64,000 nt of DNA from Trueperaceae bacterium (GCA_034521815.1 JAXHLW010000013.1:1088001-1152000); one strand, 5' to 3'; positions 22,290 through 32,172 are shown, counted from the stretch's first letter. The notes: generated from the letters alone by a model not told the origin. A program made the numbers and translations.

Positions 22290-23362
22290 GTCGCGACGCA
22301 TCGCGCGGCGGTCCCGTCGCCCTGCTCGTTCGCGCGGCCTTGTCGGCCGGTCTGGGTGCCGTCGGAGCGATCATCGCCGCGCGCCTGCTGGCACGGGGCG
22401 TCCTGACCGGGCCGAACAACGTGCTCTACCTGGCGCTCTTGGGCCTGTTGCTCGGATGGCTGATCGGCGCCCGACCTGCGCGATGGATCGACGTCCGCAT
22501 CGCGCGCATCGCCCAGCGACTCGGATCCGCGCCACCGGAGGCCGTGCTGGCCGCGCTCACCGGCGCGACGGTCGCGCTGATCCTCACCGTGCTCCTGAAC
22601 AACGTCCTCGCGAACGTGCCCGGGTTCACCTGGTTCTGGTCGCTGCTGATCGCGGGGCTGCTGATGGTCTCCACCACAGCCTTCTTCGTCGCGAATCGTC
22701 GCGTGCTGCCGTTCACGACCGATCCAGAGGACGGGCCGGACGAGCCGGGCGGTCGACCCAAGCTGCTCGATACCAGCGCGATCATCGACGGTCGCCTGGT
22801 GGAGGTGGCCAAGGCGAACTTCCTCGAAGGGCGCCTGCTGGTGCCCGACTTCGTCCTGGGCGAGCTGCAACGCATCGCCGACGATGCCGACGCCTTGCGG
22901 CGCAAGCGCGGGCGGCGCGGCCTCGAGACCCTCGAGCGCCTCGCCGAGCAGCCCAGCGTCGAGACCGAGATCGTTCATATCGCCGTGCCCGAGGCGCGCG
23001 AGATCGACGACAAGCTCGTCGTGCTGGCCAGGCGCCGCGGAGCCGATCTCGTCACGACCGACTTCAACCTCCATCAGGTCGCGAAGCTTCAGGGCGTCCG
23101 GGTCCTGAACCTCAACCAATTGGCCAGCGCCATGAAGGCCACCTACCTGCCCGGCGAGACGCTGTCGCTGACGATCGTCCGTCCGGGCCGCGAGGCGGGA
23201 CAGGGTCTCGCCTACCTGGACGACGGCACGATGGTGGTGATCGAGGACGCGGCCGACCTCGTGGGCGAGAACGTCGAGGCGGTCGTGACCAGCAGCTTGC
23301 AGACGAACGTGGGACGGATGATCTTCGCTCGGCTGGACGAAGAGGCCGAGCCGAGCGCTTGA
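22286..23362 (+). CDS. Membrane PIN/TRAM domain protein (YacL-like)
   Basis: Four N-terminal TM helices; PIN LLDTSAIIDGR..RGRRGL..TTDFNL; TRAM GLAYLDDGTMVVIED..GRMIFA. Confidence 0.92.
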   Translation: MSRDASRGGPVALLVRAALSAGLGAVGAIIAARLLARGVLTGPNNVLYLALLGLLLGWLIGARPARWIDVRIARIAQRLGSAPPEAVLAALTGATVALILTVLLNNVLANVPGFTWFWSLLIAGLLMVSTTAFFVANRRVLPFTTDPEDGPDEPGGRPKLLDTSAIIDGRLVEVAKANFLEGRLLVPDFVLGELQRIADDADALRRKRGRRGLETLERLAEQPSVETEIVHIAVPEAREIDDKLVVLARRRGADLVTTDFNLHQVAKLQGVRVLNLNQLASAMKATYLPGETLSLTIVRPGREAGQGLAYLDDGTMVVIEDAADLVGENVEAVVTSSLQTNVGRMIFARLDEEAEPSA

Positions 23363-23387
23363 CCGACGTGCACCATGCGCGTATCCT
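23359..23387 (+). promoter_or_regulatory. Sigma70-type promoter of tRNA-Ala
   Basis: TTGACC-N17-TATCCT. Confidence 0.65.
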
Positions 23388-23429
23388 GCCGGTTGCCTCG
23401 CGCGACGAAGGCTAGCGCGACGGCGCCGC

Positions 23430-23505
23430 GGGGCCTTAGCTCAGCTGGGAGAGCATCCGCTTTGCAAGCGGAAGGTCGTCGGTTCGAATCCGACAGGCTC
23501 CACCA
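23430..23505 (+). tRNA. tRNA-Ala (TGC)
   Basis: GGGGCCT/AGGCTCC acceptor stem with G3:U70, anticodon arm TCCGC-TTTGCAA-GCGGA, GTTCGAATC, encoded CCA; 76 nt. Confidence 0.96.
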
Positions 23506-23649
23506 TGACGATACGTGAAGCGCGGTCCGTTCGGCGACCGCGCTTCACGCGTGTCACGCCGTCCTCGCCGCGGCCGCCGGGCGCACCGTTCAGAGCGCGC
23601 CGACGCCCGGGTCGGGACAAACGTCCCGCCGATGACCGCAAAACGCCTG

Positions 23650-23658
23650 TGGTACATT
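23650..23658 (+). promoter_or_regulatory. Putative extended -10 promoter of the act operon
   Basis: TGgTACATT about 195 nt upstream of actA. Confidence 0.4.
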
Positions 23659-23852
23659 CGTCCCGTTCTGCGTCGCGACGTCGTCGTCGTCAGTTTCACC
23701 CTCCACGAGGGTTCGTCCAACCCGCGAGGATCGTCCATCCCACCAGGGGCCACCAGGAGGTCAGCACTCTTGCAAGCCAGGCGTCCACCGTTCCGTTCCC
23801 GTAGATCGGCCACGCCCCAGCGCGTGCCGTCCCGCACCGAGGTCCAGATCTG

Positions 23853-24506
23853 ATGCCGCAGTCCTTTCCCCCGAATGCCAACGCGTTCGCGAAGTGGCTC
23901 GTCGTCGGTGGAGGCGCGTTCGTCCTCCTGCTGATGATCGTGCTGGCGTTCTACGCCCGTACCGTGAACAACGACGTCGGCGTCCCTGTCGAGCAGCCCG
24001 TCGCGTTCCAGCACAACCTTCACGCCGGCCAGCTCGGGCTGGACTGTCGCTACTGCCACACCTCGGTCGAGGTGGCGGCCAGCGCCAACATCCCCGGCAC
24101 CGAGACCTGCATGACCTGCCACTCGCAGATCCGTGTCGGCGCTCCCGCGCTCGAGGCCGTGCAAGCTTCGTGGGACGCCCAGAACCCGATCGAGTGGAAC
24201 CGCGTCCACGATCTCGCCGATTTCGTCTATTTCAACCATAGCGCCCACGTGAACAACGGCGTCGGCTGCAGCAGCTGCCACGGCGCCGTCGACGAGATGG
24301 GCGGCATCTGGAAGAACGAGCCGCTCACGATGGGCTGGTGCCTCGAGTGTCACCGTGCTCCCGAGGAGAATCTCCGACCCCGCAGCGAGGTGTTCAATAT
24401 GGACTACGTGGCCCCCGCCGATCAGCTGGCCCTCGGAACGGAGCTCGTGGAGGCGTACCACGTGGACACGGGCAGGCTCATGGACTGCTCCCTGTGCCAC
24501 CGATGA
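23853..24506 (+). CDS. actA: Alternative complex III pentaheme cytochrome c subunit
   Basis: One TM helix and five CxxCH motifs (CRYCH, CMTCH, CSSCH, CLECH, CSLCH); FVYFNHSAHV. Confidence 0.93.
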   Translation: MPQSFPPNANAFAKWLVVGGGAFVLLLMIVLAFYARTVNNDVGVPVEQPVAFQHNLHAGQLGLDCRYCHTSVEVAASANIPGTETCMTCHSQIRVGAPALEAVQASWDAQNPIEWNRVHDLADFVYFNHSAHVNNGVGCSSCHGAVDEMGGIWKNEPLTMGWCLECHRAPEENLRPRSEVFNMDYVAPADQLALGTELVEAYHVDTGRLMDCSLCHR

Positions 24507-27490
24507 GCGACGCCGTGCGATCCACCCCGACGATCGACGAGATTCGTCAGCGGCTCCAGTCCAGCAAGGGCAAGGAGTACTGGCAGGGCCTCGACGAGCT
24601 GGCGGACACCGACGAGTTCCGAGCGTTCCTGGCGGAAGAGTTCCCTCGCCAGGCCGCTCCGCTCGAGGCGTCCTTGCGTCGCCGCGACTTCCTGAAGCTC
24701 CTCGGCGCCTCGCTGGCGCTGGCCGGGCTGTCCGCCTGCGCGCGGCCGACCCTTCCGAACGAGACGATCGTCCCGTACGTCCAGGCGCCCGAGGAGCTCG
24801 TGCCCGGACGACCGCTGTTCTACGCCACGGCGATCACGGCTGGCGGCTACGCCGAAGGGCTGCTGGCCGAGAGCCACCAGGGCCGACCGACGAAGGTCGA
24901 GGGAAATCCCGACCACCCGTCCAGCCTGGGCGCGACCTCGGCCACCGCGCAGGCGACCGTCCTGACGCTGTACGACCCCGACCGCTCGCAGGCGATCACC
25001 GAGAACGGTGCGACCCGCGGCTGGGGCGATCTCGCCTCCGCCCTCGCGGACCTCGGGGACGGCGAAGGCCTCGCCCTGCTGACGGAGACGGTCACCTCGC
25101 CGACCCTGGCGCGGCAGATCCGCGAGCTCCAGGAGCGCTACCCCGCGATGCGCTGGCACCAGTACGATCCGCTCCATGCGGACGGCGCGGTCCTCGGAGC
25201 GCGGGCCGCGTTCGGGCGCGACGTCACCGTCGTTCCCGACTTCGGCGCCGCGGACGTGGTGTTCTCGCTGGACGCCGACTTCACGAACGCCGGCCCGGGC
25301 CGCCTGGCGCACGCTCGCGCCTTCGCGCGCAAGCGCCGCGTCCGCACGGCCGAGGACACCATGGGCCGCCTCTGGATGGCGGAGTCCACGCCCACGCCCA
25401 CCGGCACGCTGGCCGATCACCGCATCCCGGCGACGCCGACCGAGATCGCGGCGCTGGCCGCCGTCGTCGCCCGCCGCCTGGGCGTGGACGGCCCGTCCGC
25501 CGAGCTCCCGGCGGGCGTGGACGAGGCCTGGGTCGACGCGCTGGTCGGCGACCTCGAAGCCAGTCGCGGCCGCGCTCTGGTGGTGGCGGGCCAGCACCAG
25601 CCCGCTTCCGTGCACGCCCTGAGCCACGCCATGAACGCGGCGCTGGACGCTTACGGCACCACCGTCACCGTGCACGAGCCGGTCGAGGCGCGTCCCGTCG
25701 ACCAGCGCGCCTCGCTGCGCGAGCTGGTGGACGCGATGAACGCGGGCGAGGTCTCCACGCTGGTGATCGTTGGCGGCAACCCCGTGCACACCGCTCCCGC
25801 CGACGTCGACTTCGCAGCGGCGCTCGAGCGCGTGGACACCAGCGTTCACCTCGGCCTCTACCGCGACGAGACGGCGCAGCGCACCACGTGGCACGTCCCC
25901 GGCGCCCACCACCTCGAGTCGTGGAGCGACGCGCGAGCCCACGACGGCACCGCGACCGTGATGCAGCCGATCATCCAGCCGTTCTACGGCGGACGTTCGG
26001 CGCACGAGCTGCTCGCCCTGCTTTCGGGCGACGCCGAGTCCAGCTCGCACGACCTCGTTCGCGAGACGTGGCGCCAGCGGGTCGAGGGCGACTTCGACGC
26101 GTTCTGGCAGCGCGCGCTCTACCTCGGCGTCATCGAGGGCACCTCCTCCCCGGTCGTGGACGTGGAGGTCTCCCTCGGCGACGTGACGATTCCAACCCCG
26201 CTGAACGAGCTGGTGCTGCTGCTCAGGCCCGACCCGAGCATCGGCGATGGCCGCTGGGCGAACAACGGCTGGCTGCAGGAGCTGCCCAAGCCGTTCACGA
26301 AGCTGACCTGGGAGAACGCCGCGCTGCTCAGCGCCCGAACCGCCGAAGCCCTGAATGTGCGCAACGAGGACCTGCTGGAGCTCACCGTCGAAGGTCGCTC
26401 GGTGACCGCGCCGGTCTGGATCCTCCCCGGCCAGGCGGACGACGTCGTCCTGCTGCACCTCGGCTTCGGTCGCGAAGCGGCCGGACGGGTCGGCGACGGA
26501 CTCGGCGTGAACGCCTACCCGCTGATGCGAGGCGAGGTGGGGTTCGCGCCCCCGGTCCAGGCGCGCAAGGTGCGTGGCCGGCACCGCCTGGCCTCGACCC
26601 AGCTGCACACGGTGCTCGACGGCACGGCGGAGCGTCGGCACATCGTGCGGCACGGCACGCTGAACGAGCTGAAGGCCGAGCCCGAGCACCCGCACTTCGT
26701 CCACCCCGTCGAGCACCACGACGCCGACCTGTACCCCGACTACGTGTACGAGTCGTACGCCTGGGGGATGGTCGTCGACATGTCGGTCTGCACCGGCTGC
26801 AACGCCTGCGTCACCGCCTGCCAGTCGGAGAACAACGTTCCGATCGTCGGCAAGGACCAGGTGCTGGTGGGCCGCGAGATGCACTGGATCCGCGTCGACG
26901 CCTACTACGGGGGCCGCATCGACGACCCCACGTACTACCAGATGCCGATGGCGTGCCAGCACTGCGAGAAGGCGCCGTGCGAGCCGGTCTGTCCGGTGGG
27001 CGCCACGGTGCACGACAGCGAGGGCCTGAACGTGATGGTCTACAACCGCTGCGTCGGCACGCGCTACTGCTCGAACAACTGCCCGTACAAGGTGCGGCGC
27101 TTCAACTTCCTGCAGTACGCCGAGCTCGACGGCGACGCCACCGAGCTGAGCCTGGCGAACAACCCCGACGTCACCGTCCGCAGCCGCGGCGTGATGGAGA
27201 AGTGCACCTACTGCACCCAACGGATCGCCCGCGCCCGCATCGACGCGAACAACGAGGACCGCCGCATCCGCGACGGCGAGGTCGTCACCGCCTGCCAGGC
27301 GGCCTGCCCGACCGAAGCCATCGTGTTCGGTGACACGAACGATCCGGACAGCCGCGTGACCGCCACGAAGGCGTCGGTCCTGAACTACGCGGTGCTCGAG
27401 GAGCTCAACACGGTGCCGCGCACCACCTACCTGGCCCACGTCCGCAATCCGCACCCGGCCCTCGCCGGGGACGAGCCTGGAGGTCAGTGA
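24503..27490 (+). CDS. actB: Alternative complex III subunit B (molybdopterin-oxidoreductase-like fold plus Fe-S domain; Tat lipoprotein)
   Basis: GKEYWQGLDEL; Tat RRRDFLK..LSAC; GRPTKVEGNPDHP; CTGCNACVTAC, CQHCEKAPCEPVCP, CVGTRYCSNNCPY, MEKCTYC. Confidence 0.94.
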   Translation: MSDAVRSTPTIDEIRQRLQSSKGKEYWQGLDELADTDEFRAFLAEEFPRQAAPLEASLRRRDFLKLLGASLALAGLSACARPTLPNETIVPYVQAPEELVPGRPLFYATAITAGGYAEGLLAESHQGRPTKVEGNPDHPSSLGATSATAQATVLTLYDPDRSQAITENGATRGWGDLASALADLGDGEGLALLTETVTSPTLARQIRELQERYPAMRWHQYDPLHADGAVLGARAAFGRDVTVVPDFGAADVVFSLDADFTNAGPGRLAHARAFARKRRVRTAEDTMGRLWMAESTPTPTGTLADHRIPATPTEIAALAAVVARRLGVDGPSAELPAGVDEAWVDALVGDLEASRGRALVVAGQHQPASVHALSHAMNAALDAYGTTVTVHEPVEARPVDQRASLRELVDAMNAGEVSTLVIVGGNPVHTAPADVDFAAALERVDTSVHLGLYRDETAQRTTWHVPGAHHLESWSDARAHDGTATVMQPIIQPFYGGRSAHELLALLSGDAESSSHDLVRETWRQRVEGDFDAFWQRALYLGVIEGTSSPVVDVEVSLGDVTIPTPLNELVLLLRPDPSIGDGRWANNGWLQELPKPFTKLTWENAALLSARTAEALNVRNEDLLELTVEGRSVTAPVWILPGQADDVVLLHLGFGREAAGRVGDGLGVNAYPLMRGEVGFAPPVQARKVRGRHRLASTQLHTVLDGTAERRHIVRHGTLNELKAEPEHPHFVHPVEHHDADLYPDYVYESYAWGMVVDMSVCTGCNACVTACQSENNVPIVGKDQVLVGREMHWIRVDAYYGGRIDDPTYYQMPMACQHCEKAPCEPVCPVGATVHDSEGLNVMVYNRCVGTRYCSNNCPYKVRRFNFLQYAELDGDATELSLANNPDVTVRSRGVMEKCTYCTQRIARARIDANNEDRRIRDGEVVTACQAACPTEAIVFGDTNDPDSRVTATKASVLNYAVLEELNTVPRTTYLAHVRNPHPALAGDEPGGQ

Positions 27491-28927
27491 TGGCCGTGCG
27501 AACGGGACGCCCCGGCTCCGATCGAGACGAACCGCGTCATCGGCCCCGGCCAGACGTCGGGCTCCATCGACGACACCGTCAACGCGCCGGTCCTCGTCGG
27601 CCTGGGACGCACGCCGCTGTGGTGGTGGATCGGCCTGGGCATCTCGCTGGGCCTGCTGGCCCTCTACCTGGTGTCGATCGTGGTGCTCATCACCACCGGC
27701 ACGGGCGTGTGGGGCAACAACGTTCCCGTCGCCTGGGGCATGCCGATCATCAACTTCGTGTGGTGGATCGGGATCGGGCACGCAGGAACGCTGATCTCGG
27801 CCGCGCTGCTGCTGTTCCGCCAGCCGTGGCGCACCTCGATCAACCGCTTCGCGGAGGCGATGACGATCTTCGCCGTCGTGAACGCGGGGCTGTATCCGAT
27901 CCTTCACCTGGGCCGGCCGTGGGTCTTCTACTGGCTCCTGCCGTACCCGAACACCTACGGTCTGTTCCCGCAGTTCCGCAGCCCGCTCGACTGGGACCTG
28001 TTCGCGATCGGCACCTACGCCAGCGTGTCGGTGCTGTTCTGGTTCATCGGCCTGATCCCCGACCTGGCGACCCTGCGCGACCAGAGCCAGAACCGGTTCC
28101 AGCGACTGCTGTACGCCACGCTGGCGCTGGGCTGGAACGGCTCGGCCAAGGCGTGGCAGCGCTACCAGCGCGCCTACCTGCTGCTGGCCGCGCTGTCGTT
28201 CCCGCTGGTGCTGTCGGTGCACTCGACGATCGCCATGGACTTCGCGGTCAGTCAGCTGCCCGGCTGGAACAACACGATCATGCCGCCCTACTTCGTCGCG
28301 GGCGCGGTGTTCGCCGGCTTCGCGATGGTGCTGCTGCTGGCCATCCCGCTCCGCAAGGCGTTCGGGCTCGAGAAGCTCATCACCATGCGTCACCTGGACA
28401 ACTCCGCGAAGCTGATGCTGGCCACCGGCCTGATCGTCATCTACGGCTACGGCGTGGAGCTCTTCGACGCCTGGTACTCCGGCGTCGAGTTCGAGCGGTT
28501 CATGGCGTACAACCGCGTCTTCGGAGCGGATCATTGGTGGGCGTTCTGGATGCTGATCGCGGCGAACGGGGTGGCGATCCAGCCGCTCTGGTTCAGGAGC
28601 GTCCGGCAGAGTCCCCTCGCCCTGTTCCTCATCTCGATCATCGTGTCGATCGGGATGTGGCTCGAGCGGTTCGTGATCGTCGCGATCACGCTGACCAAGG
28701 ACTTCCTGCCCTCGAGCTGGGGCGACTACGTGACCACGTTCTGGGATTGGTCGCTCTACATCGGCACGTTCGGACTGTTCGGCACGCTGTTCCTGCTGTT
28801 CATCCGGCTGCTGCCGTCGATCGCTACGGCCGAGATGAAGGAGCTGGCGCACCACGACCAGCATCACGACCTGGATCCGTACGAGGAGATCCGGACACGA
28901 CAGCTGGACCAGGAGGCACGCTCGTGA
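27490..28927 (+). CDS. actC: Alternative complex III quinol-binding subunit (NrfD/PsrC family), apparent +1 frameshift just after the start
   Basis: NFVWWIGIGHAGTLISA, SINRFAEAMT, HLGRPW, PLVLSVHS, GMWLERFVI. The RBS-preceded ATG at 27490 is one base out of frame with the body. Confidence 0.88.
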
Positions 28928-29496
28928 GCGAAGCGAACGCCACCCACCCGGCGACGACGGAGACCGCTGCCGACCTCTACGGCCTGGTGGCCGAGTTCGA
29001 GGAGGTCGAGGCGCTCGAGGCCGCCGCCGACCGGGCACGAGAGGCGGGCTACCGCACCATGGACGCGTACACGCCGTACCCCGTCGAAGGCCTCGACGAC
29101 CGGCTGGGATTCGCGCCCACCAAGCTGGGCTGGATCGTGCTGGCCGCCGGAATCGCCGGCGCGCTGGGAGGGTTCTTCCTGCAGTACTTCGCGAACGTGA
29201 TCTGGTACCCGCTGAACATCGGCGGCAAGCCGCTGAACAGCTGGCCGAACTTCATCGTGATCACCTTCGAGGTCACCGTGCTGCTCTCGGCCTTCACCGC
29301 CGGCCTGTTCATGCTTGGACGCAACGGCCTGCCGCGTCCCTACCACCCGATCTTCAACACGCCCAACTTCGTCGCCGCGACCCGCGATCGGTTCTTCCTG
29401 TGCATCGAGGCCCGCGACGAACGATTCGATCCGGACGAGACGCGCGCCTTCCTCGAGGGCCTCGGCCCCGTGCGCGTCTCGGAAGTGGAGCGCTAA
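28924..29496 (+). CDS. actD: Alternative complex III subunit D (DUF3341)
   Basis: DAYTPYPVEGLD, PLNIGGKP..SWPNFIVITFE; two TM helices; GTGA overlap with actC. Confidence 0.92.
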   Translation: MSEANATHPATTETAADLYGLVAEFEEVEALEAAADRAREAGYRTMDAYTPYPVEGLDDRLGFAPTKLGWIVLAAGIAGALGGFFLQYFANVIWYPLNIGGKPLNSWPNFIVITFEVTVLLSAFTAGLFMLGRNGLPRPYHPIFNTPNFVAATRDRFFLCIEARDERFDPDETRAFLEGLGPVRVSEVER

Positions 29497-30114
29497 GTGA
29501 CGCCGTCCGACTCTTCCCCCCTGCGGCTCGCCCGCCGCGCCTGGCCGGTGCTGGTGATCGGCTTGGCGCTCGTCCTCTCGGCGTGCGGCCGCAACATGTA
29601 CGACCAGCCCAAGGCTCAAGCGTACGAGGCGAGCCCGTTCTTCGCCGACGGCACCTCGTCCCGGCCGCTGCCTGAAGGCACCGTCTCGCGCGAACGCGGC
29701 GCGATCGACCCGGTCTACCTGACCGGCCAAGGACCGGACGGGCTCGTCGCCGAGCTGCCGATCGAGCTCGACGCCGAGCTTCTCCTGCGTGGCCAGGAGC
29801 GCTACGACATCTTCTGCTCGGCCTGCCACAACTACAACGGCGACGGTCGCGGCATGATCGTTCAGAAAGGCTTCCCGCAGCCCACCTCGTTCCACGATCA
29901 GCGTCTCCTCGACGCACCCGTCGGGTACGTGTTCAACGCCATCACGAACGGGTTCGGCCGCATGTACAGCTACGCGTCGAGGGTCCCCGTCGAAGACCGC
30001 TGGGCGATCGCGGCGTACGTCAAGGCGTTGCAGCTGAGCCAGAACGCGACGGTCGACGACATTCCGCCCGACGTTCTCGAAACGCTCCGCACCACCGAAG
30101 GGCAGGTCCGCTGA
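29497..30114 (+). CDS. actE: Alternative complex III monoheme cytochrome c lipoprotein
   Basis: Lipobox LSAC, MYDQPK, CSACH, GFGRMYSY, DRWAIAAYV. Confidence 0.92.
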   Translation: MTPSDSSPLRLARRAWPVLVIGLALVLSACGRNMYDQPKAQAYEASPFFADGTSSRPLPEGTVSRERGAIDPVYLTGQGPDGLVAELPIELDAELLLRGQERYDIFCSACHNYNGDGRGMIVQKGFPQPTSFHDQRLLDAPVGYVFNAITNGFGRMYSYASRVPVEDRWAIAAYVKALQLSQNATVDDIPPDVLETLRTTEGQVR

Positions 30115-31274
30115 TGGAACGCGTCGACTTCCGCCGCGGTCCGCTGATCGCCCTGCTGATCGGTGCGGTCGGCCTGATCGGCGGCGTGCTCGCCGGCCTG
30201 GGCGGCGGCTTCTACGAGTCGTGGCTGCTGGCGTTCCTGTTCTGGGTGGGACTCTCGCTGGGCACGCTGGTGATGCTGGTCATCGGGCACATGGCCGGAG
30301 GGTCGTGGAGCGCGGTGATCCAGCGCCCGCTCGAAGCCGGCGTATCGTTGCTGCCGATCATGGCGCTGCTGTTCCTGCCGGTGCTGTTCGGCATGAACGC
30401 CCTGTACGTCTGGACCGATGCCGCCTACGTGGCCAGCCACCCCTTGGTCGCCGCGAAGACCGCCTACCTGAACACGCCGTTCTTCGTGATCCGCACGGTC
30501 ATCTACTTCGCTCTCTGGCTGTTCGCCGCCTGGCTCTACCTCCGTGGATCGGCCCGGCAGGACCGCGAGCCCCAGCAGAGCGCCGTCATCGGCTACCGCC
30601 TCAAGAGCATGGGCGGACTCTGGATCGTCCTGTACGTGCTGACGATGTCGTTCGCGGGTCGCGACTGGGCGATGTCGCTCACGCCCGAATGGTGGTCGGG
30701 CATCTACGCGGTCATCCTGATGATCTCGCAGACGATCACCGCCGTCGCGTTCATCATCCTGGTGATGGTGGTGCTGGCGGGACGCAGCGCCCGCATCGAC
30801 GACCTGCTCACCGCGAAGCGGCTTCAGGACCTGGGCAACTTCCTGATGGCGTTCCTGATGTTCTGGGCGTACGTGTCGTTCTCGCAGCTGATCATCATCT
30901 GGTCGGGGAACGTCTCGGAGCTGACGCCGTGGTACGTCGTCCGGCTCGGTCCGGGTTGGCTGGCCGTCGGCGGCTTCCTGTTGGCGTTCGGGTTCCTCGC
31001 GCCGTTCGTGATCCTGTTCTCGCGCTGGGTCAAACGCAAGCGCCTGGCGTTGGCGACCGTGGCAGCGTGGGCGATCTTCGTCCAGCTCATGAACCTGATC
31101 TACTTCGTGGTGCCCGCCTTCGAACGTCCCGGCTTCCCGATCACGCTGTCGGACGTCCTGATCTGGCTGGGCGTGGGAGGCGTGTGGTTGTTCTTCTACC
31201 TGCGCCGTCTCGCTGCCCACCCGATCCTGCCCGCTCACGATCCGCGCCTGAAGGGGGCCGAGCAGCATGCCTGA
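30114..31274 (+). CDS. actF: Alternative complex III membrane subunit F
   Basis: About 10 TM helices; YLNTPFFVIR, DWAMSLTPEWWSGIY, DLGNFL..FWAYVSFSQLIIIW. Confidence 0.9.
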   Translation: MERVDFRRGPLIALLIGAVGLIGGVLAGLGGGFYESWLLAFLFWVGLSLGTLVMLVIGHMAGGSWSAVIQRPLEAGVSLLPIMALLFLPVLFGMNALYVWTDAAYVASHPLVAAKTAYLNTPFFVIRTVIYFALWLFAAWLYLRGSARQDREPQQSAVIGYRLKSMGGLWIVLYVLTMSFAGRDWAMSLTPEWWSGIYAVILMISQTITAVAFIILVMVVLAGRSARIDDLLTAKRLQDLGNFLMAFLMFWAYVSFSQLIIIWSGNVSELTPWYVVRLGPGWLAVGGFLLAFGFLAPFVILFSRWVKRKRLALATVAAWAIFVQLMNLIYFVVPAFERPGFPITLSDVLIWLGVGGVWLFFYLRRLAAHPILPAHDPRLKGAEQHA

Positions 31275-32112
31275 GCGAGACGACCGCCTCGTGAGCGAAA
31301 CCGGAGTCCGCAACGCGTTCGTCGCCAGCGGCGTCGGCATGGTCGCGGTGCTGGTGTTCGTCCTGATCCTCGCGACGACGCAGCCGCAGGGCACGTTCCA
31401 GCCGGCCGACGATCAGCAGTACCGGGCGACCCTTCTCGCAGCGACCGACGACCTCGAGGGCTACGAGCTGATCGGCGAGGATCGCGCGCGGATCGACATC
31501 GCGCGTGCGATGGATCTCGTCGCGGAGCGTGGCGTCGATCTTTCGCTCACGGCTGTCGGCGCGCCCGCCGCGTCCGCTATGCCTGCCGAGCCCGCTGCGC
31601 AGGCCGAGGGTGCCGACGAAACGGACGTCGCCGCTGACGACCAGGCCGAGGCGGCTCCAGACGACCAGACCGCTGCCGACGATGCAGCGCCCGCAGCACA
31701 GGCCGACGCGCCCGAGGTGGACGGAGAGGCGGTGTACGCGTCGAACTGCACCGCGTGCCACCAAGCCACCGGTCAGGGCATTCCGGGCGCCTTTCCACCG
31801 CTCGCAGGCGGCCACGCGGCCGAGCTCGCGAGCGTCGAGGGCGGCCGGGACTACCTGATTCACGCCATGCTGTACGGCGTCCAGGGTCAGCTGGTCGTGA
31901 ACGGCACCTCCTACTCGGGCGTCATGCCCGCTTGGCAGCAGCTCTCCGACGGCCAGATCTCTGCGGTCCTGAACTACGTCACGACCGCCTGGGACAACGA
32001 GGACGCGCTGGCGGACGACGTCGCGCCGTTCACGCCGGACCAGATCGCTGCGGCACGGGGCGAGGGGCTGTCGGCCAGCGACGTGCTCGAGTCGAGGCCC
32101 GAGCTGCCGTGA
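31267..32112 (+). CDS. ActG-like membrane anchor fused through an acidic linker to a cytochrome c552-like domain
   Basis: TM helix; YELIGEDRARIDIARAMDLVAERG (ActG-like); about 55-aa Ala/Asp/Pro linker; CTACHQATGQGIPGAFPPLAG..YSGVMPAW. Confidence 0.8.
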   Translation: MPERDDRLVSETGVRNAFVASGVGMVAVLVFVLILATTQPQGTFQPADDQQYRATLLAATDDLEGYELIGEDRARIDIARAMDLVAERGVDLSLTAVGAPAASAMPAEPAAQAEGADETDVAADDQAEAAPDDQTAADDAAPAAQADAPEVDGEAVYASNCTACHQATGQGIPGAFPPLAGGHAAELASVEGGRDYLIHAMLYGVQGQLVVNGTSYSGVMPAWQQLSDGQISAVLNYVTTAWDNEDALADDVAPFTPDQIAAARGEGLSASDVLESRPELP

Positions 32113-32126
32113 GAGGTCGGCTCGCT

Positions 32127-32158
32127 GCGCGCGGCCGTCCGATTTGGACGGCCGCGCA
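32127..32158 (+). terminator. Hairpin after the act operon
   Basis: GCGCGGCCGTCC-GATTT-GGACGGCCGCGC. Confidence 0.6.
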
Positions 32159-32172
32159 CCGTATCGTGGCGC

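Noticed and set aside
27488..27490. UGA readthrough or selenocysteine fusing ActB to the in-frame ActC
   Set aside because: ActB is Tat-exported while ActC is a polytopic membrane protein; no SECIS-like context is evident, and an RBS+ATG at this spot favours an indel
24422..29038. 1538-aa antisense ORF over actB/actC
   Set aside because: Shadow frame of high-GC coding sequence with no recognisable motifs; the opposite strand carries clear genes
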